From: Chiloscyllium plagiosum
Lineage: Eukaryota
Assembly (NCBI RefSeq): GCF_004010195.1
Contig: NC_057719.1
Coordinates: 48,267,071 to 48,331,070 of the forward strand
Reading direction: 5' to 3'
DNA length: 64,000 nucleotides
Part shown: in pieces, positions 13,051-26,712 of the stretch
Layout: each line of letters begins with the position of its first letter
Position numbering within the stretch: position 1 is the first letter of the stretch
The notes under the pieces: generated by a model
Told to the model about the DNA's origin: nothing
Database searches by the model: none
The model's input: the letters and a program-made list of their open reading frames with translations, nothing else
Program-made: the position numbers and the translations under genes

Positions 13051-13258
13051 TTCTAACATATTAAGATAACCTTTCCATAGACATGCAGTCACTTGCAATG
13101 CAAGTATTACTGACTGTATGTACGTACAAATAAGCAGGCAGCCCCAAGCTTAGAAAATGCTGACATTAGAAACAACAGTTACTACATAACTGGACCTTGT
13201 AATCCAAAGGTGATTTTTGGGCCCTGTCAGATTTTGAATTTTCAGTTTTCATAGACTA

Positions 13259-15526
13259 CAGGTAGTTCTGGGATAACGTGTGTTTCAGCAGTGAGACTTG
13301 GCTATAATGTTGCTGAGGAATTAGGAATGGTATTTTCGATAACGCTTACCTCTGTTCCCAATAGCGTCATTCCAGCTATTGTTTCATATGCTTCGTTCTT
13401 CGCATGCACCAATGTCCACACTGAAGTCTCCGTGCCATTCTGCGCATGTGTCGGCCTCCGTGCCATTTTGCACATGTGCCAGTGTCAGCTGCTGAAAGCT
13501 ACCTCTGTGAGAGGTACATTGAGCAGCTTCCTGTGATATGCATACTACTTCTAAATTATCTCATCTTTTGAAAGAAATGAGGGGCAGAGTGACAAGAATG
13601 TTAGTAAACATCCTGGTGATAAAAGTGTAGGTGGTGAACACAAGAAAGGCTATAACACGGGAAGAGAAGTAGATATTATAAACCGTTTTGAGCCTAAGGA
13701 GAGAATATATGACATAGTTTCGCTTAACAGGATTGAGGGAAGCTACCTTTCACACCTTGAGAGGCAACACTAAAAAGATTAAAGCAAGCTGTATTGCTGG
13801 AACAAGTTTGAGTGCTAGCAAATCAGTGAGGTCATGGCCAAACGAACTTGAGGAGATGGAGAGGCTTCTAAGTGTTGGGATAAAAGATCAAACAAAAATG
13901 TGATCTGGGACGACCTTTCTCAGTGTAAAAGAGAAAGCCTTACTCATTTATGAAGCTCTAAAGAAAAATGCTCAAATTCTTGCAAGTGTGCCTGCCTTCA
14001 GTGCTAGCAATGGGTGGTTTGCTGGTTTTAAGAACCACTATGCATTCCATAACATAAAGTTAATTGGTGAATCTGCCTGTGTAGATGAGGACCGTTCGCT
14101 GGCATTTCCTCCCAAAAATTGATGAAGAAGGCTACACCTTAGATCAACTCTTCAATTTGAATGAAACAGATTTATACTGCAAGTGAATGCCAGCAAGTGT
14201 CTAAGGATGAAGCACATTGCTCTGGGCTTTAAGGTGGCAAAGGATCGTATAACTGTGTTGCTCAGTGCCAATGTGGTGTACCACTCTGCCAGTGCACGAA
14301 CCTTAAGTCTACTCTAAGCATCTACTTCAGGTCAAGCAAAAACGGTTGGATGACAGGGCAAATTTCTTCTGACCACATTGTTGGTGTTTTGGAAGATGTT
14401 TTTCGGCAGGCTAAATATTTGGATTTCAAGGTTCCCCTTATCCTGGATAATGTGTCAAGCCATCCTGCCACCATTGGTGAGCTTTCTGAAAACATCAAAG
14501 TGCTATTTCTATCTCCACACACAACCTCTCTCATTCAACCCATGGACCAGGGTGAAATATCAGCCTTTAAAGCTTATTATTTAAGATACACATTCAAGAG
14601 GTTGATTGCAGCTACTGATGGGGATAACAAGGATAATGTTCTTCAATTTTGGAAGAGCTTTAACATCAAGAATGCTATTGAAATTATTGTGGAGGCCTGG
14701 GGTGATATCAATAAGGACTACCAGCATGCAGTTAGGTGGCAGCTTCTCCTGGATTTGTTTCAAGATTTTAAAGGATGTGAACCATCAGTGGAGTTCCCAA
14801 AAATCAAAGAGCAACGTGTTGCCATTACAAAGCAGGTTGGCTTTGGACAAGTGTAAAGAGAGGATATTGAAGAGCTGCTTGAGCCCCACTGTGAAGTCCT
14901 CTCTGCAGCTGATCTACAATAGCTTGTTGCTGAAGGGTAAGTGGAAGCTGGAGATGAAAAGGATAAAGTCCAGTAAGCAGCACCACAGGCTTTCCATGGC
15001 TCTTTTGTCTTCTATTCTCAGGGAAATTAAGAAGCAGTTACACCTCTTAGAGGACAACAATTACAATGCAGAATGCAGCAGAATAGCAGTTCGTTCAATA
15101 AGATATCATCTGGCACCCTGTGAACAGCTTCTTCAAGACAGAAGAAAAAGGGCAAAGCAGCAAAAACTAAATGTCTTTTTTAACCCAATCCCCAAGAAAC
15201 CGAAGATAATCGACTACAGCCATCCATTTCTGCCAACACAACTACATCTGAAGCTGGTGATGATGATGACACTGTGTCCCTGCATTAACAATATTTTTTC
15301 AATGCAATGTGTTCAATTTACTTTTGGTTCATTAATAAATGTGATTTAAAACTTCATTCGGACTGTTCTATACTCTGTTAGGCTTTTGGGTGATTTTTGA
15401 GCAATCTTTTTTTTGGTGGCTTGCCCCTAACCCCACTTTTCCCATAGGCCCCATTATTTACATTATGTGATTTTCTATTAAGACAAGTTTCGCTGGAATG
15501 CAACTACGCCATTATAGGAGAACCTG
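13259..15526 (+). mobile_element. Tigger/pogo (Tc1-mariner superfamily) DNA transposon, decayed
   Basis: TA|CAGGT...ACCTG|TA termini. CENP-B-type FSASNGWFAGFKN. DDE-domain motifs LFNLNETDLY, LILDN and PHTTSLIQPMDQG. Multiple stops. Confidence 0.9.
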
Positions 15527-16379
15527 TATTGAGCTATAATTGTTCCATCTATACTCATGAAAGTGATCTCCTGTTAACGCTAACACAATTAATTTTAGAA
15601 TGAAAGGCCCAATCCCATAATGCCGTTCTTACATAAGGTAGCACATTGAAAATATTCATGATATATGTTCTCGTAAGGAAAGTAACGGTGACCCATTAGT
15701 CCATTAATAAAGCCATAACATTCCATGTTGTCTACAAATTAGAAAATTTAACCTACTCTATCATTCACTGATTCTTAATAAAGATGAAGAGCCATCTGCC
15801 TTCGATGCTTTCGCCTTCTTGCACTAGCTCAGACATGAGATGGTTAGCTTCTTTCATCTGCTAAATTGCGATTCTTTACATAAAATAAAGAATGGTCCCA
15901 TAATGAATCATAGATGAAAGATCTTTAAGTGGGTTTGAGATATTCAGCTTGGGTAGAAAATTGTTGCTATTAAAAACGATTTGACCATATTTGATCGACA
16001 TTGGTGGAGCTCATTCTGCTAAAAGGCTATTTCACATTAAGTTTTATCAACTTCAAACCACTTTTTGGAAAACAAAAGAGAAGTATTAAGAATAAGAACA
16101 TAAGTAACCACTGACAATAGTCCTTTGGTTATGTGTGTGTGATTGAGAGGACATGAAACATATAAGCCCATTTCGCCTGTTCAAACCTCTCTCTTTTGAT
16201 CTTATAATACACTTCGCATCGACCCCGTAATTACAGATTGAACACACATTACATTTCAGAAAAAAACCAAAACCGGTTATAAAAATACCACAATTACCAG
16301 TAACAATTTCTAGTTGTAGATAACCCATTTTAATACCCGACATAAGCAAGCTGTTTCTTAAGTGAGCAACCCTACACAA

Positions 16380-16900
16380 AAGACTTCAATTGTCAAAGAG
16401 CAAATGAAGTTGTTCCTGAATTTTACTCTCGTTACCAGACCCGACCTATTCAAACATAGGCTGGCCAATCAGTGCTGAGCGTGCAGTTTGACGCGCCTGT
16501 GTTGACTTGAGAGGCTCTTTCTCCGGCAGGATTTCCTGCATTGTCGCTGACAATGTTAGTTTCTAGGTGACTAGACTGAGCTGCTCCAGTTTTCTGATCG
16601 TCTGTGGCCTGAAGCGGTAAACTTTCACCACGCCGACACCAGCACCAACGCGTTCCAGCCGAAAAGTTAACCAGCGGCTTTGCAGCTGCACTCAGAATAG
16701 TAGAGCTTCCCCTTGTTGGAAAGGCCTTCGGTAAGTACAGTTTCTGTAAACAACATTCAGGGCAGAGAGCTCGCTCAGATGTTAGAGAGCAAAAAACTTT
16801 GTATATCAACCCTCTCGATCTGTTTTACTTCCGTTGTTTGTTCTGTGACAGATCACTGCCTGCGTAGCACAGCTTTGTTTAAATGAACAGCTATAATTTC
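16380..16900 (+). promoter_or_regulatory. CpG-enriched putative promoter with NF-Y CCAAT box
   Basis: Local CpG excess in a CpG-depleted background, GGCCAATCAG (CCAAT 16465-16469), an ETS-like acttccg near 16827, and non-repeat sequence. Confidence 0.6.
16490..16730 (+). other. putative non-coding first exon ending at a splice donor
   Basis: TTCG|GTAAGT donor with GTAAGT at 16731-16736, downstream of the CCAAT box. The TSS position is a guess. Confidence 0.5.
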
Positions 16901-18015
16901 GCGATGTTTCCTTGCTTGTTACAAGCAAGATTATTTGGAGAATGCAGACATATTTTGAGCATTTAAGCTGTATATTTACTACGATAATAATAGTGGAAAC
17001 AATATCGATTTTTATTTCTTATGAATTTGCAAACCATTCCAGCTGTAGCGATTAAATGATCCAGTCAATGTCGACATTTATCAATTTAATGTTTATAAAA
17101 TACGCAGTTTCAGTTTGCGAGATAAATCGTGCTAAATTTCAAACAAACGAATTCAATATCTTTGAACAAAATATAACACACAGTTAACGTAGATTCTTGA
17201 CAAAACGATCGATTTCAGTATTTCACAAATTATACAAATAGATATAACATTACGAGTAGTGTACAGGCAGCTAAATATGGAAAATCGCAGTTCCTGGAAT
17301 GGGATAGGATGCTGTGACGCTTCCTGATAAGTTGCTCAATTTTCTCCAGTTTCGAAAGGAAGCTGTGCATTTCCGTGTCTATTATTCGTGTTTTCTTTGA
17401 GCATGCATTTCTTTCTGCTTTTCCTGAAACCTCTGCCTGGGTTCCTCAGCGGTTTTATGTGAATCTGAATGGACTATGTTCTCAAGCTACTCTACGGTGG
17501 ATTGCATCATAAAAGAATTTGATCCAATTCCAGTTCAGTATGCACATACACACAGTACAGCAGGGCCAATGGATAACAATTTGTACACAGAATGCTGCCT
17601 GATTTTTCTGTCTCCTTGAGAAGGGGTACTGACGCCAGTTGTAGTACTACATTTGATCAGCAAAAGCGGAAATTGTAATTGAGGGATACTGTCAGGTCAT
17701 TACTTGACAGGGTAAAGGGTAAAATTAACTTTTTTTTGTGACATTCTACAACTGACTTTTGAGAGTTGAGAGATGCATGTACACTTTTACATTAAAGCAG
17801 ATGCACATGCAGTAATGTGAGGGGAGTTTACAATGACTTCATTTACAAGTTTGGTTCATCCTCATGGTATTGTTTGTAGCAGGCTGAATGTATTCTGCAG
17901 TTATTTAGCATCTAGTTTTGCAAATGATCAACTGACTGGCCACCATCCATCACTTTTACTGACCATAGTCATTCTGCAATATAAATGTTTATTATCAAAT
18001 GTTTTGGCAATCCCT

Positions 18016-19190
18016 CAGGGTACTGGATGAGTTTCTTCGACTCTGAGAGGCAGGTTGGTCCCACGGACTTTGCCACAGGTGGAGCAGGTGGTGTTTGAGG
18101 AGATGGCTGGGATTTTCTTGGCTTCTGTGTGCTTATTCCACTGCTTATGCTTGGCCTCCACATGCTCCACTTGGTGATGTGAGGTAGTTGGCACTTTCAC
18201 AGAAGCTTCTTCTCCAGTTTGTGCATTCTCGGACAAGTGATTCCCACATGTCAGTGGGAAAGATGTGTTTGTTCAGGGAGGTTTTCAGGGCATCCTTGTA
18301 GCATTTCATGGTTGACAGAGTCAAAGGTGAGAGATCAAAGATGGCCAGATTTAGAGGTTGATGTTGTTTCCTGCAGTTTTCTTTGATTTGTCACTCACTG
18401 AAAATCATGTCCATTTTACTTCTTGATGGGCAGAAGCTACATTGAGATATGGGGAAAAGCTGTTCAGCCATCAGGAGGAGGACTCTCACGATGATCTTTC
18501 CTATGTCAGACAGTGGTGAAATCCGTCTGTAATTTCCACAGTTGTACCTGTGACTTTAGGTCAAAAGTTACAATGTTCTTAGATCTCCTGGCATGCTGTC
18601 TTCTTTCCAGACAAAGGTGAGGTCAAGAGTGTGTCTCCACTGTAATTTAGTATTTGGGGCAGCATGGTGACTCAATGATTTAGTTCTGCTGCCACATGGC
18701 TCCAGGAACCCCAGGTTCAATTCCTCCTTAGGTACCTGTCTGTGTGGAGTTTGCATGTTTGCCTGATGTCTGCATGTCAGTGGGAAAGATGTGTTTGTTC
18801 AGGGAGGTTTTCAGGGCATTCAGGGTTTCTACTGGAAGCTCTGGTTTCCTCCAAAGATGTGCAGGTTAGTTGGATTAGCCATACTGAATAGTCCATAGTC
18901 TCTAGGGATTTGCAGGTTAGGTGGGTTGGCCAATGTAAATACAGGGTTATGGGGATAGGGTAGGGTGCTGTGCTTTTTGGAGGGTCGGTGCCGATTGAAT
19001 GGCCTCTTTTTGCACTGCAGCAATTCTACAATTATATGATTCAATGGGAAATCTACTTGTGTTGGAGGCCTTTCTGTCTTTCAGCTGTCGGGTGGCTTTT
19101 TTGATCTCGTGTTGGAGGTCTGCTGAGATGGGGCTGGGGACTGTGTTGCAGGATTGTGTCGAGAGCACTTGCAACAGAGGCTCTGTCTTG
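18016..19190 (-). mobile_element. RTE-clade LINE fragments, interrupted by a SINE
   Basis: Minus-strand translation gives EIKKATRQLKDRKAS, CGNYRRISPLSDIGK and a C-terminal CSTCGKV. Confidence 0.7.
18658..19043 (+). mobile_element. HE1-type SINE
   Basis: ggcagcatggtgactcaatg...ggttcaattcc (A and B boxes), ctgtgtggagtttgcatg body, CR1-like tail. Confidence 0.85.
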
Positions 19191-19194
19191 GTTG

Positions 19195-21245
19195 AAGATT
19201 GATTTATTTATTGTTATCACGTACTGAGACACAGTGAAAAGTGTTGTTTTGCAAACTGTACAGGCAGTTCACACCATACAAAGTGCATCAGGCTAGCAGA
19301 ACAGGGTGCAGAATACAGTGTTACAGCTGCAGAGAGGGTACAGAGAGAGAGTTCAGAATTAACATTTGAGAGGTCTGTTCAAAAGTCTGAAAACAGGGTA
19401 AGAAGCCTTTCTTGAATCGATCCGTACATATATTCAAACTTTTACATCTCTGCCTGACCAAAGAGGATGGAAGAGAATATAACTGGGTAGGAGGGGTCTT
19501 TGATTATGTTGGTTGCTTTTCCGAGGCAGCTGGAAGCATAGATAGAGTCAATGGATAGAGGGCTGGTTTGCTTGATAGACTGGGCTATGTTCACAACTCT
19601 CTATAGTTTCTTGCAGTCTTGGAAAGAGCAGTTGCCATATCAGCTGTGATGTATCCAGATGGATGCTTTCTAAGCTGTATCTATAAAAATTGCAAGAGGT
19701 CTTGTGGACATTCCAAATTTCCTTAGTTTTCTGAGGAAATAGAGATATTGTTGTGCTTTGTTGACCTTTCTGTTGATGTGGATGGACAAGGACCAATGCC
19801 TTGATCAGCTCCACCTCAGCATCATTGATGCAGACAGGGGTGTGCCCTCCACTTCCTGAAGTCACTGATCACCTCCTTCATTTTGTTGACGTTAATGCAG
19901 AGATTGTTGGCTTTACACCATGTCTCTCAGGACTCAATATCTTTCCTGTGTTCTGATTTGTCGTTGTTTGAGATACAATCTGGTAGTCTGTCAGCAAACT
20001 TGTAAATGGAGTTTTGGCAACATAGTTGTGAGTGTGTAAGGAGCACAGAAGGGGGCTGAGTACACAACCGTATGGGGCACCGGGTGTTGAGGATTATCAT
20101 GGAGGAGGTGTTGTCACCTGTTCTTATTGATTGCAGTGTAGGGTTCAGGAAGTTGAGGATTCAGTTACAGAGAGGGAAAGCCAAGAACTAAATTTCAGAT
20201 GAGTCTGCTTGGAATTATGGTGTTGAAGGTGGAATTGTAGTCAATATGTAGGAGCCTGACATAGGTATCCTTGTTATCTAGATTTTCCAGTGATGATTGT
20301 AGGGCCAGGGAGAAACTTGAAACCAGACCAGAAAGTGAGGGTGCAGATGCTGGAGATCACAGTCGAGAGTGTGGTGCTAGAAAAGCACAGCAGGTCAGGC
20401 AGCATCCGAGGAGCAGGAGAATCGACGTATCAGGCATAAGCCCTTTATCTGGAAGATTCCTGATGAAAGGCTTATACCTGAAGCATCAATTCTCCTGCTC
20501 CTCGGATGCTGCCTGACCTGCTGTGCTTTTCCAGCATCTCACTCTTGACTGTGATGTCCAGCATCTGCACCCTCACTTTCTCTTCCTTGAGACCAGACCA
20601 ACCACATGGACATCCAGCTTTGTGGCAAGGTTTACATGTCATAACAGGCTACAAAGCAACAGTGGGCAACAGAATCGTGGGCAACAGTACATCCCTACCC
20701 AATGAGCTCAATGCATTTTACACTCGCTTTGAACAGAGAGTCAGTGAAGCTATATTACCTATCACAACAGCCTTGAAAGTGGATCTTTTGCGCCTGTAGG
20801 TGAATTGCAGAGGATCAAGGCTATTTGGTAGGCTGGAGTTGATGTGAGCCATGACTATCTTTTTGAAGCACTTCATAGTTATGGATGTCACAGCCATTGG
20901 GTGGTAGTTATTGAGGCATGCCACATGATGTTTCTTTGGTACTGGAATGATGGTAGTCTTCTTGAAGCAGGTGGGAACTTCAAGGCGTAGTAAAGAGAGG
21001 TTAAAGATGTCTCCGGGATACTCCCATCAACCGGTCCACACAGGATCTGAGTGCATGGCCAGGGATTCAGTCTGGGCCAGTTGATTTCCATAGGTTCACA
21101 CTCAAAAAGGCTGGTCTAATATCTACAGCAGTGACCGTGGGTACAGGTACATCCACGGCTGTTGTGATTGGTGACATAGCTTCACTGACTTTCTGTTCAA
21201 AGCGAGTGTAAAATGCATTGAACTCATTGGGTAGAGATGTACTGC
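19195..21245 (-). mobile_element. Rex1/Babar-type LINE fragment with an internal inverted segment
   Basis: ACLNNYHPMAVTSITMKCF and LDPLQFTYR on the minus strand. LWQGL..ITGYK and LPNELNAFY on the + strand at about 20311-20775. Confidence 0.8.
20331..20585. mobile_element. palindromic family A element with two opposed degenerate hammerheads
   Basis: TSD cttgaaaccagacca (20316-20330) / cttgagaccagacca (20586-20600). Full inverted arms meeting at ...ctggaa-gattcctgatgaaagg. Confidence 0.9.
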
Positions 21246-22184
21246 ATGGAGTTGAACAGTAGTTTTAAAGTTTGCAGGTGCACAGACAGCACCCAAACTG
21301 AAACATTTATATCGAGAGGTAGTGCAGTTAGCAGGCCAAGCAGCAGTTTTATCAAGACGACAGGTTTTTAATTTAGCCAAGCAATTTAAACCAGGCGCTT
21401 AGATGCTAAAGATCTATTAATTTAAATCTGATGGTTTTGACAACATAGAACAATCCTAATGTAAGAAATTGATGTGTCATCAAGGGTACAAAAGAAGTGG
21501 GCAGATGGGCAAAGACCCCAGAGCTAACTGCGATCAACCAGACAACAGCTCTCAATTCTCGAGAGAGAATTGCTGGCTCTCCCAGTCATCTATATCTTAG
21601 AGAAAGCACCATCTAAATCACTTCAGTACCAATGGCAAAGAAGACAGTCTTGACAGAAAATACCAATGGAGAAGATGTTCCTAACAGATGAAATGATAAA
21701 GAAGACACAGAACATTCTGGAAGACATGTAAGCTGACTGTAATTTTGAGAGACTAAATTCTGTATTTTTGTTATATGAGGGGGGCATTGTATTTATTGGA
21801 ACTGCATACCATTAGGATCTTGTTCACTTTGGGAATAGTTAGTAGTCAGAAGGAATTTATTCAGTTTGTTAATAGTTTAGTTAATTTTCCCACTGTTAGA
21901 GTTTGATAAGTAAATTGTTACTTGTTAATTTTAAAGTGAGTGTCAGGGAATTATTTTTATTTAACCACTAGAAATTGTTGAGAAGCAGGTTACACCACTT
22001 TTCAAACTCTTTTTATAGATTATAGGGTGAGGCGCTCCTCTTTAGATTTTTTGGTTTTAATTCTTAGATTGGGGTCAACTTCCACTTTATAATACTACCT
22101 TATATAGTTGATGCATGACTTCTACACTATTCCTCTCAATACAAATGCTGAATTCGATTAATCTTTCTGATTGTTTCCTGTACA

Positions 22185-23070
22185 TGTTCATGCGCTGCTT
22201 CATCAATGATGTCCCTTCAACATAAAGTCAGAAGTGGTGATGTTCATTGCTAATTCCACTGTTAAGCACCATTCACAACTCATCAGATATGGAAGTAGTC
22301 TATTCCAAATGAATCCTGACATGGTCATTATCCAAGTTATGGCTGACAAATGGAAAGTAACATTCATGCCACACAGGTGCCAGGTATGACCATCTCTAAC
22401 AAGAGAGAAATTAACCAGTGCTTCTCGATATTCAATGGCAATACCATTACTGAATCCTGTAGAAACAATATACAAGGGTTACCATTGACCTGGACTAACC
22501 ATTTAATCACGGTGGTGACAACAGCAGGTCAGAAGGTGCAGTGAGTAACTCACTTTCTGATTTACTCACTGCCTTATCATTATTTACAAGGCACATGTCA
22601 GGAATGTGATCCAGTTGTCTGGATGAGTACAGCTTCAATAACACACAAACTTGACATCATCCAAAGGCGCCGACTTGACTGGCACCACTTCTGCAGTCAC
22701 TTCCTTAACCACTAAGTAGCCACATTGTGTACCATCTACAAGATGCACTGCAGAAATTCACCAAGGCTGCTTAGACAACACCTTCCAAACCCATGACTAC
22801 TACCATCGAGAAGGACAAGGGCAGCAGATTCATGGCAAGTTCTCCTTCAAACTGCTCGCCATCCTTACTTGGAAATATGTCACTGTTCCTCAGTATCACT
22901 GAGTCAAAATGCCAGAAATTCCTCCCAATAACATTGTAGGCGTGCCAACATCACATGGGCTGCAGCAGTTCAAAAAGGCAGCTTACCACCTTTTCAATGA
23001 CAATTATGAATGGGCAATAAATGCTGGCCCAGCTACTGTTCTTCACATCCTATGAATGAATTCAAAATAA
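22185..23070 (+). mobile_element. CR1/L2-group LINE 3' fragment (candidate partner of SacSINE1-like SINEs)
   Basis: WADKW-type RT-end sequence. 3' tail gggcaataaatgctggcc...cacatcctatgaatgaa. Paralogous to 39570-40400, 48385-49530 and 59455-59940. Confidence 0.75.
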
Positions 23071-25279
23071 AATTCACTTTAAAAATCTGTTAAGTCCCCT
23101 GAATGTCCTATGGCCTCACTGATTCTAGTTTTATATTATTCAGTAAGTACAATGTACTATCATTTTTGGGTCCAATGTGGGTAACCTAAATTTTTAAGTC
23201 AATTCATCACAGATTTGTCTCGTCATTTAATGTACTAATATCTCTTTGTAACTTTTTACTTCTCTTTATTCTACTTAGAACACCACCTCTCATTGTTTCA
23301 AAGAGACATTTAGATTTGTGTTTTTCTATTCCTCCATCTGGTACATCAGTCAATTATTATGCAGAGGTCCTGCTTTGAGAATTCCATTCTAATGCTGTTC
23401 ACTGAAAGAAGATGATTTGTGTTTCATTTTTACCCTTTGCAGTTTTTTTTGGGGTAACTGTTATTTAACCAAAGGATTCACTCAATGTTGCAAGTTGCCG
23501 TATTGAGAAATTATTCTGGATAGACAATTTACCAGAGGACAAAGTAATCTTTTAAGATTGCTAGCAGACACCGTCTCTCTTGAGATCCTTTCCCCGAGTT
23601 TGCAGATACTGGTTAAATATGAATACTTCATCTCATTGTCTAAAACTGCTGCAGTGATACATGGATATTAAATTAATTAAGTGAAAGCTATTATTGGAAT
23701 AGCATCTGATTTGTTTAAACTGCTGATTCATATATTTTTTACGGTAGCTTTTCAGTATATGTTTTTCTCTGATTTTCTTTGACTACAGAGATTCTGCATG
23801 ATTGTTGTTTCAAACTGATGTGGATTTTCTCCACACTTGTAATGTTCCCAAAAGAATTACTTTGTGATTATTAGGACATTAAGCAATGAATCATTGTTGA
23901 TGTAACATGAACTCCAGCTGTGAGAAACATTATCATTGTCAACAGCTGCATTTTCCACCATGTGTCATCGTTCTGTCTACTAATTTCATATGTACCCTTC
24001 TGGAAGTTTATTACCCACTTTTTAACTTTCATTCCTTCTTCTCTGTGGCATCTTTGACGAAGTGATAGCCTTCCTATACCAAGGCCACATTCATTGCTAG
24101 ATTTTAACACGTTATGAAGAATTGTATCAAAATGAATGTGGTCTGATTCTTTCACATTTTTTCATTTTGGAACATTCTTAATTTCTTGAGCCCTGATATA
24201 ACAGATTGTATTGGAAGTCACCTTCATGGAGCTTTGTGAGAACAAATCCATGTGGTACTACTGAAAAGTTTCTGACTGATGCCGTTTTATATGGAGGAAT
24301 TTTTGGTTTTGAGCTTCAGGAGTTATTTCAGTGTTTTGCAAAGCTGATGAGTACTGAGTGTGATAAATCTCACTTCATGAAAGGAAAGCCTCATAGCAAT
24401 ATTTTCTGTTGAAAGTACTCTATCTCTGCAAAATAAAATATTAATAGAATATAGATATTTTGTACTATATATCTTGCTATTACATGACATTCCTAACATG
24501 CTTGAAAGCAACCTTTTGTGTATCCATTTCTCTAGAGTTGCATTGTGATTTTGGTCTAGTGACTGTTAATCAGTGCTTCAAAGTGGCTCCATTAACCTGA
24601 ATGGTAGATGGCATTTAATTAGACTCCACAGCTGATCTGAGCTACCCAGCTCCTATAATCCCTCCAGTGGCTGTATGTGGCACAATATTAACTGTTTGTG
24701 CATTTTGCCTGGCTTAATATTTACTCTTTAATGCTGAGTTTTCCGAAAGGCTGAATACTGCAGGGTGTGTAGGAACAGCTCCCATAAATATTTTACTGAA
24801 GACACTCTGGGGGCACATGTGGGAGGAGCAGAGTCCTAATGTTGCTTTGTATGAGCTAACTTTAATAGGGTGAAAACAATTCTGCTGGGCTTTTTGTAAT
24901 GCAGGAATCTTGAGAAATCTTGATCAGAAAGTACTCCTGCCCACTCTGCTAGCATAAGGATTTCCTTCATCTTTAATTATAATTTGTTTAGTTGATTATA
25001 GTTTGGTTATAGAAATACATGGACAAATAGAATTATCAATATTTTGCTTTAGCTTTACAAAGCTGTTAACAATGATGAACTTATCTGGTTTTGTGATAAA
25101 CCGTTTAGATCATTATAAGCCAGGGAAAATATGGTATTTTTATGTAGCTACCTGCTTACTATCTCAATCTATTAAAATAGAGCAAGTGGAAAAGACCTCT
25201 GACACCATGATGATGTTGGTCATTCAGTTAGAGTAGTTACTGACAGTAAGGAAAATAAATTGACTGGAATGTCTTTTAA

Positions 25280-26040
25280 ACCATAAGGCCATAAGATAGG
25301 ATCAGGAATAGGCTATTCACTGAGTTTGCTCTGTCATTCAGTAAGATTCTGGCTGGTCTATTAATTCTCAACTCCACTTCCCTGCCTTTTAGCTATAACC
25401 CTCAATTCCCTGAATGATTAAAAATCTGTCTATCTCAGTCTTGAGTATATTTAATCATCCAGCCTCAACACTGTCTGTGGTTAAAAAAATCCAGATCCAT
25501 TGCCCTTTGAGATACAAAATTTCCCCTCATCTCTCTCTTGAGTGTGCAACCCCCTATTCTGAGATCATACCCTCTGGTGCTAGACTCTCCCACAAGGGGA
25601 AACAATCTCTTTGCATCTACCCTGTCAAGTCCTCTAAGGGTCTTGTATGTTTCAATAAGATTGCCTCTCATTCTTCTATATTTCAGTGGGTGCAGATCCA
25701 ATTTACTCAATCCCTCCTCATAAGACAGTCATTCCATATCTGGTATCAACTTAGTGAATCTTCTCTGGACTGTCTTCAGTGACATGTGTTTCCTTTGACA
25801 AGGGGCCCAAAACTGTAATTCCAGCCATGGTCTGAGTTTTAGCAAAATCCCTCTACTTTTATACTCCATTCCTTCTAAAATAAAGGCCAACATTCTGTTT
25901 TCCTTCCCTTTACCTGCTGCTCGTTTCTTTGCGGTTCATGGATGAATACACCCAAGTTGCTCTGTTCCACAAATTTCTATGTCTTTCTCCATTTAAAAAC
26001 TGTTCAGCCCTTCTATTCTTCCTGTCAAAGTGCATAATCC
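25280..26040 (-). mobile_element. CR1 LINE 3' fragment
   Basis: RRMRGNLIETYKTLRGLDRVD on the minus strand. Confidence 0.85.
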
Positions 26041-26712
26041 TTTTTGAATGATCTGGCACAGGGAATGTGGCATCTTACTTGGCTGTCTCCAGATAATTCT
26101 TCCTGTCAGCACACTTTTCAAATGAGCAACCTCAAGAACTGGAATTGGAAGATTATGGTGAAGCAGATACAGATTGACTGGGTGAATAAGCAAGAGGTGG
26201 AAAACTGAGTCAAATATGGAAAGGTCAAATGGAGTAAAATGTTAGGAAATACGAGGTTATTCATTTGGCAACAAGAATAGAAAAATAGATGTGGTTTTTA
26301 AACAGTAAGCATCTATGAAATGCAATTTTACAGGACTTTGAGATCATATCTGGAATATTTAGTGAAGTATGTCTGTACATGAGGACATACGTACTTACCT
26401 TAGAGGTTTAATTAATTGATTTCTGGGTGGGAGAATTTCCAATGAGGACAGATTGAGTAGAATAAAACCATGTTCTCTTAAATTCAGAAAATGAAAGTTA
26501 GTCTCATTAAAATATGCAGATCCTTAGAGGTCTTCACAGCAAAGCTCTCGGGTTGCTTCCCGTGGCTGCTTGCATTTACCTGTTGTGGTTGCTTTACTGA
26601 TGAACCCAACATTTTCACTTCCTCAGTCATGCTATTTGAGGATTGCTGATTACTTAGTATGATCTATGCCACTCGTACTGATGAATTGAAGAATTGAAAT
26701 GTTCCCCTTGAA

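Noticed and set aside
14350..15349. Possible domesticated TIGD/CENP-B-like gene
   Set aside because: Multiple stops and frameshifts, with TIRs still present, indicate a dead transposon.
21245..22095. Possible solo LTR (also 43596-44810)
   Set aside because: The texture is LTR-like, but no TG...CA termini, TSD, PBS or second copy could be established.
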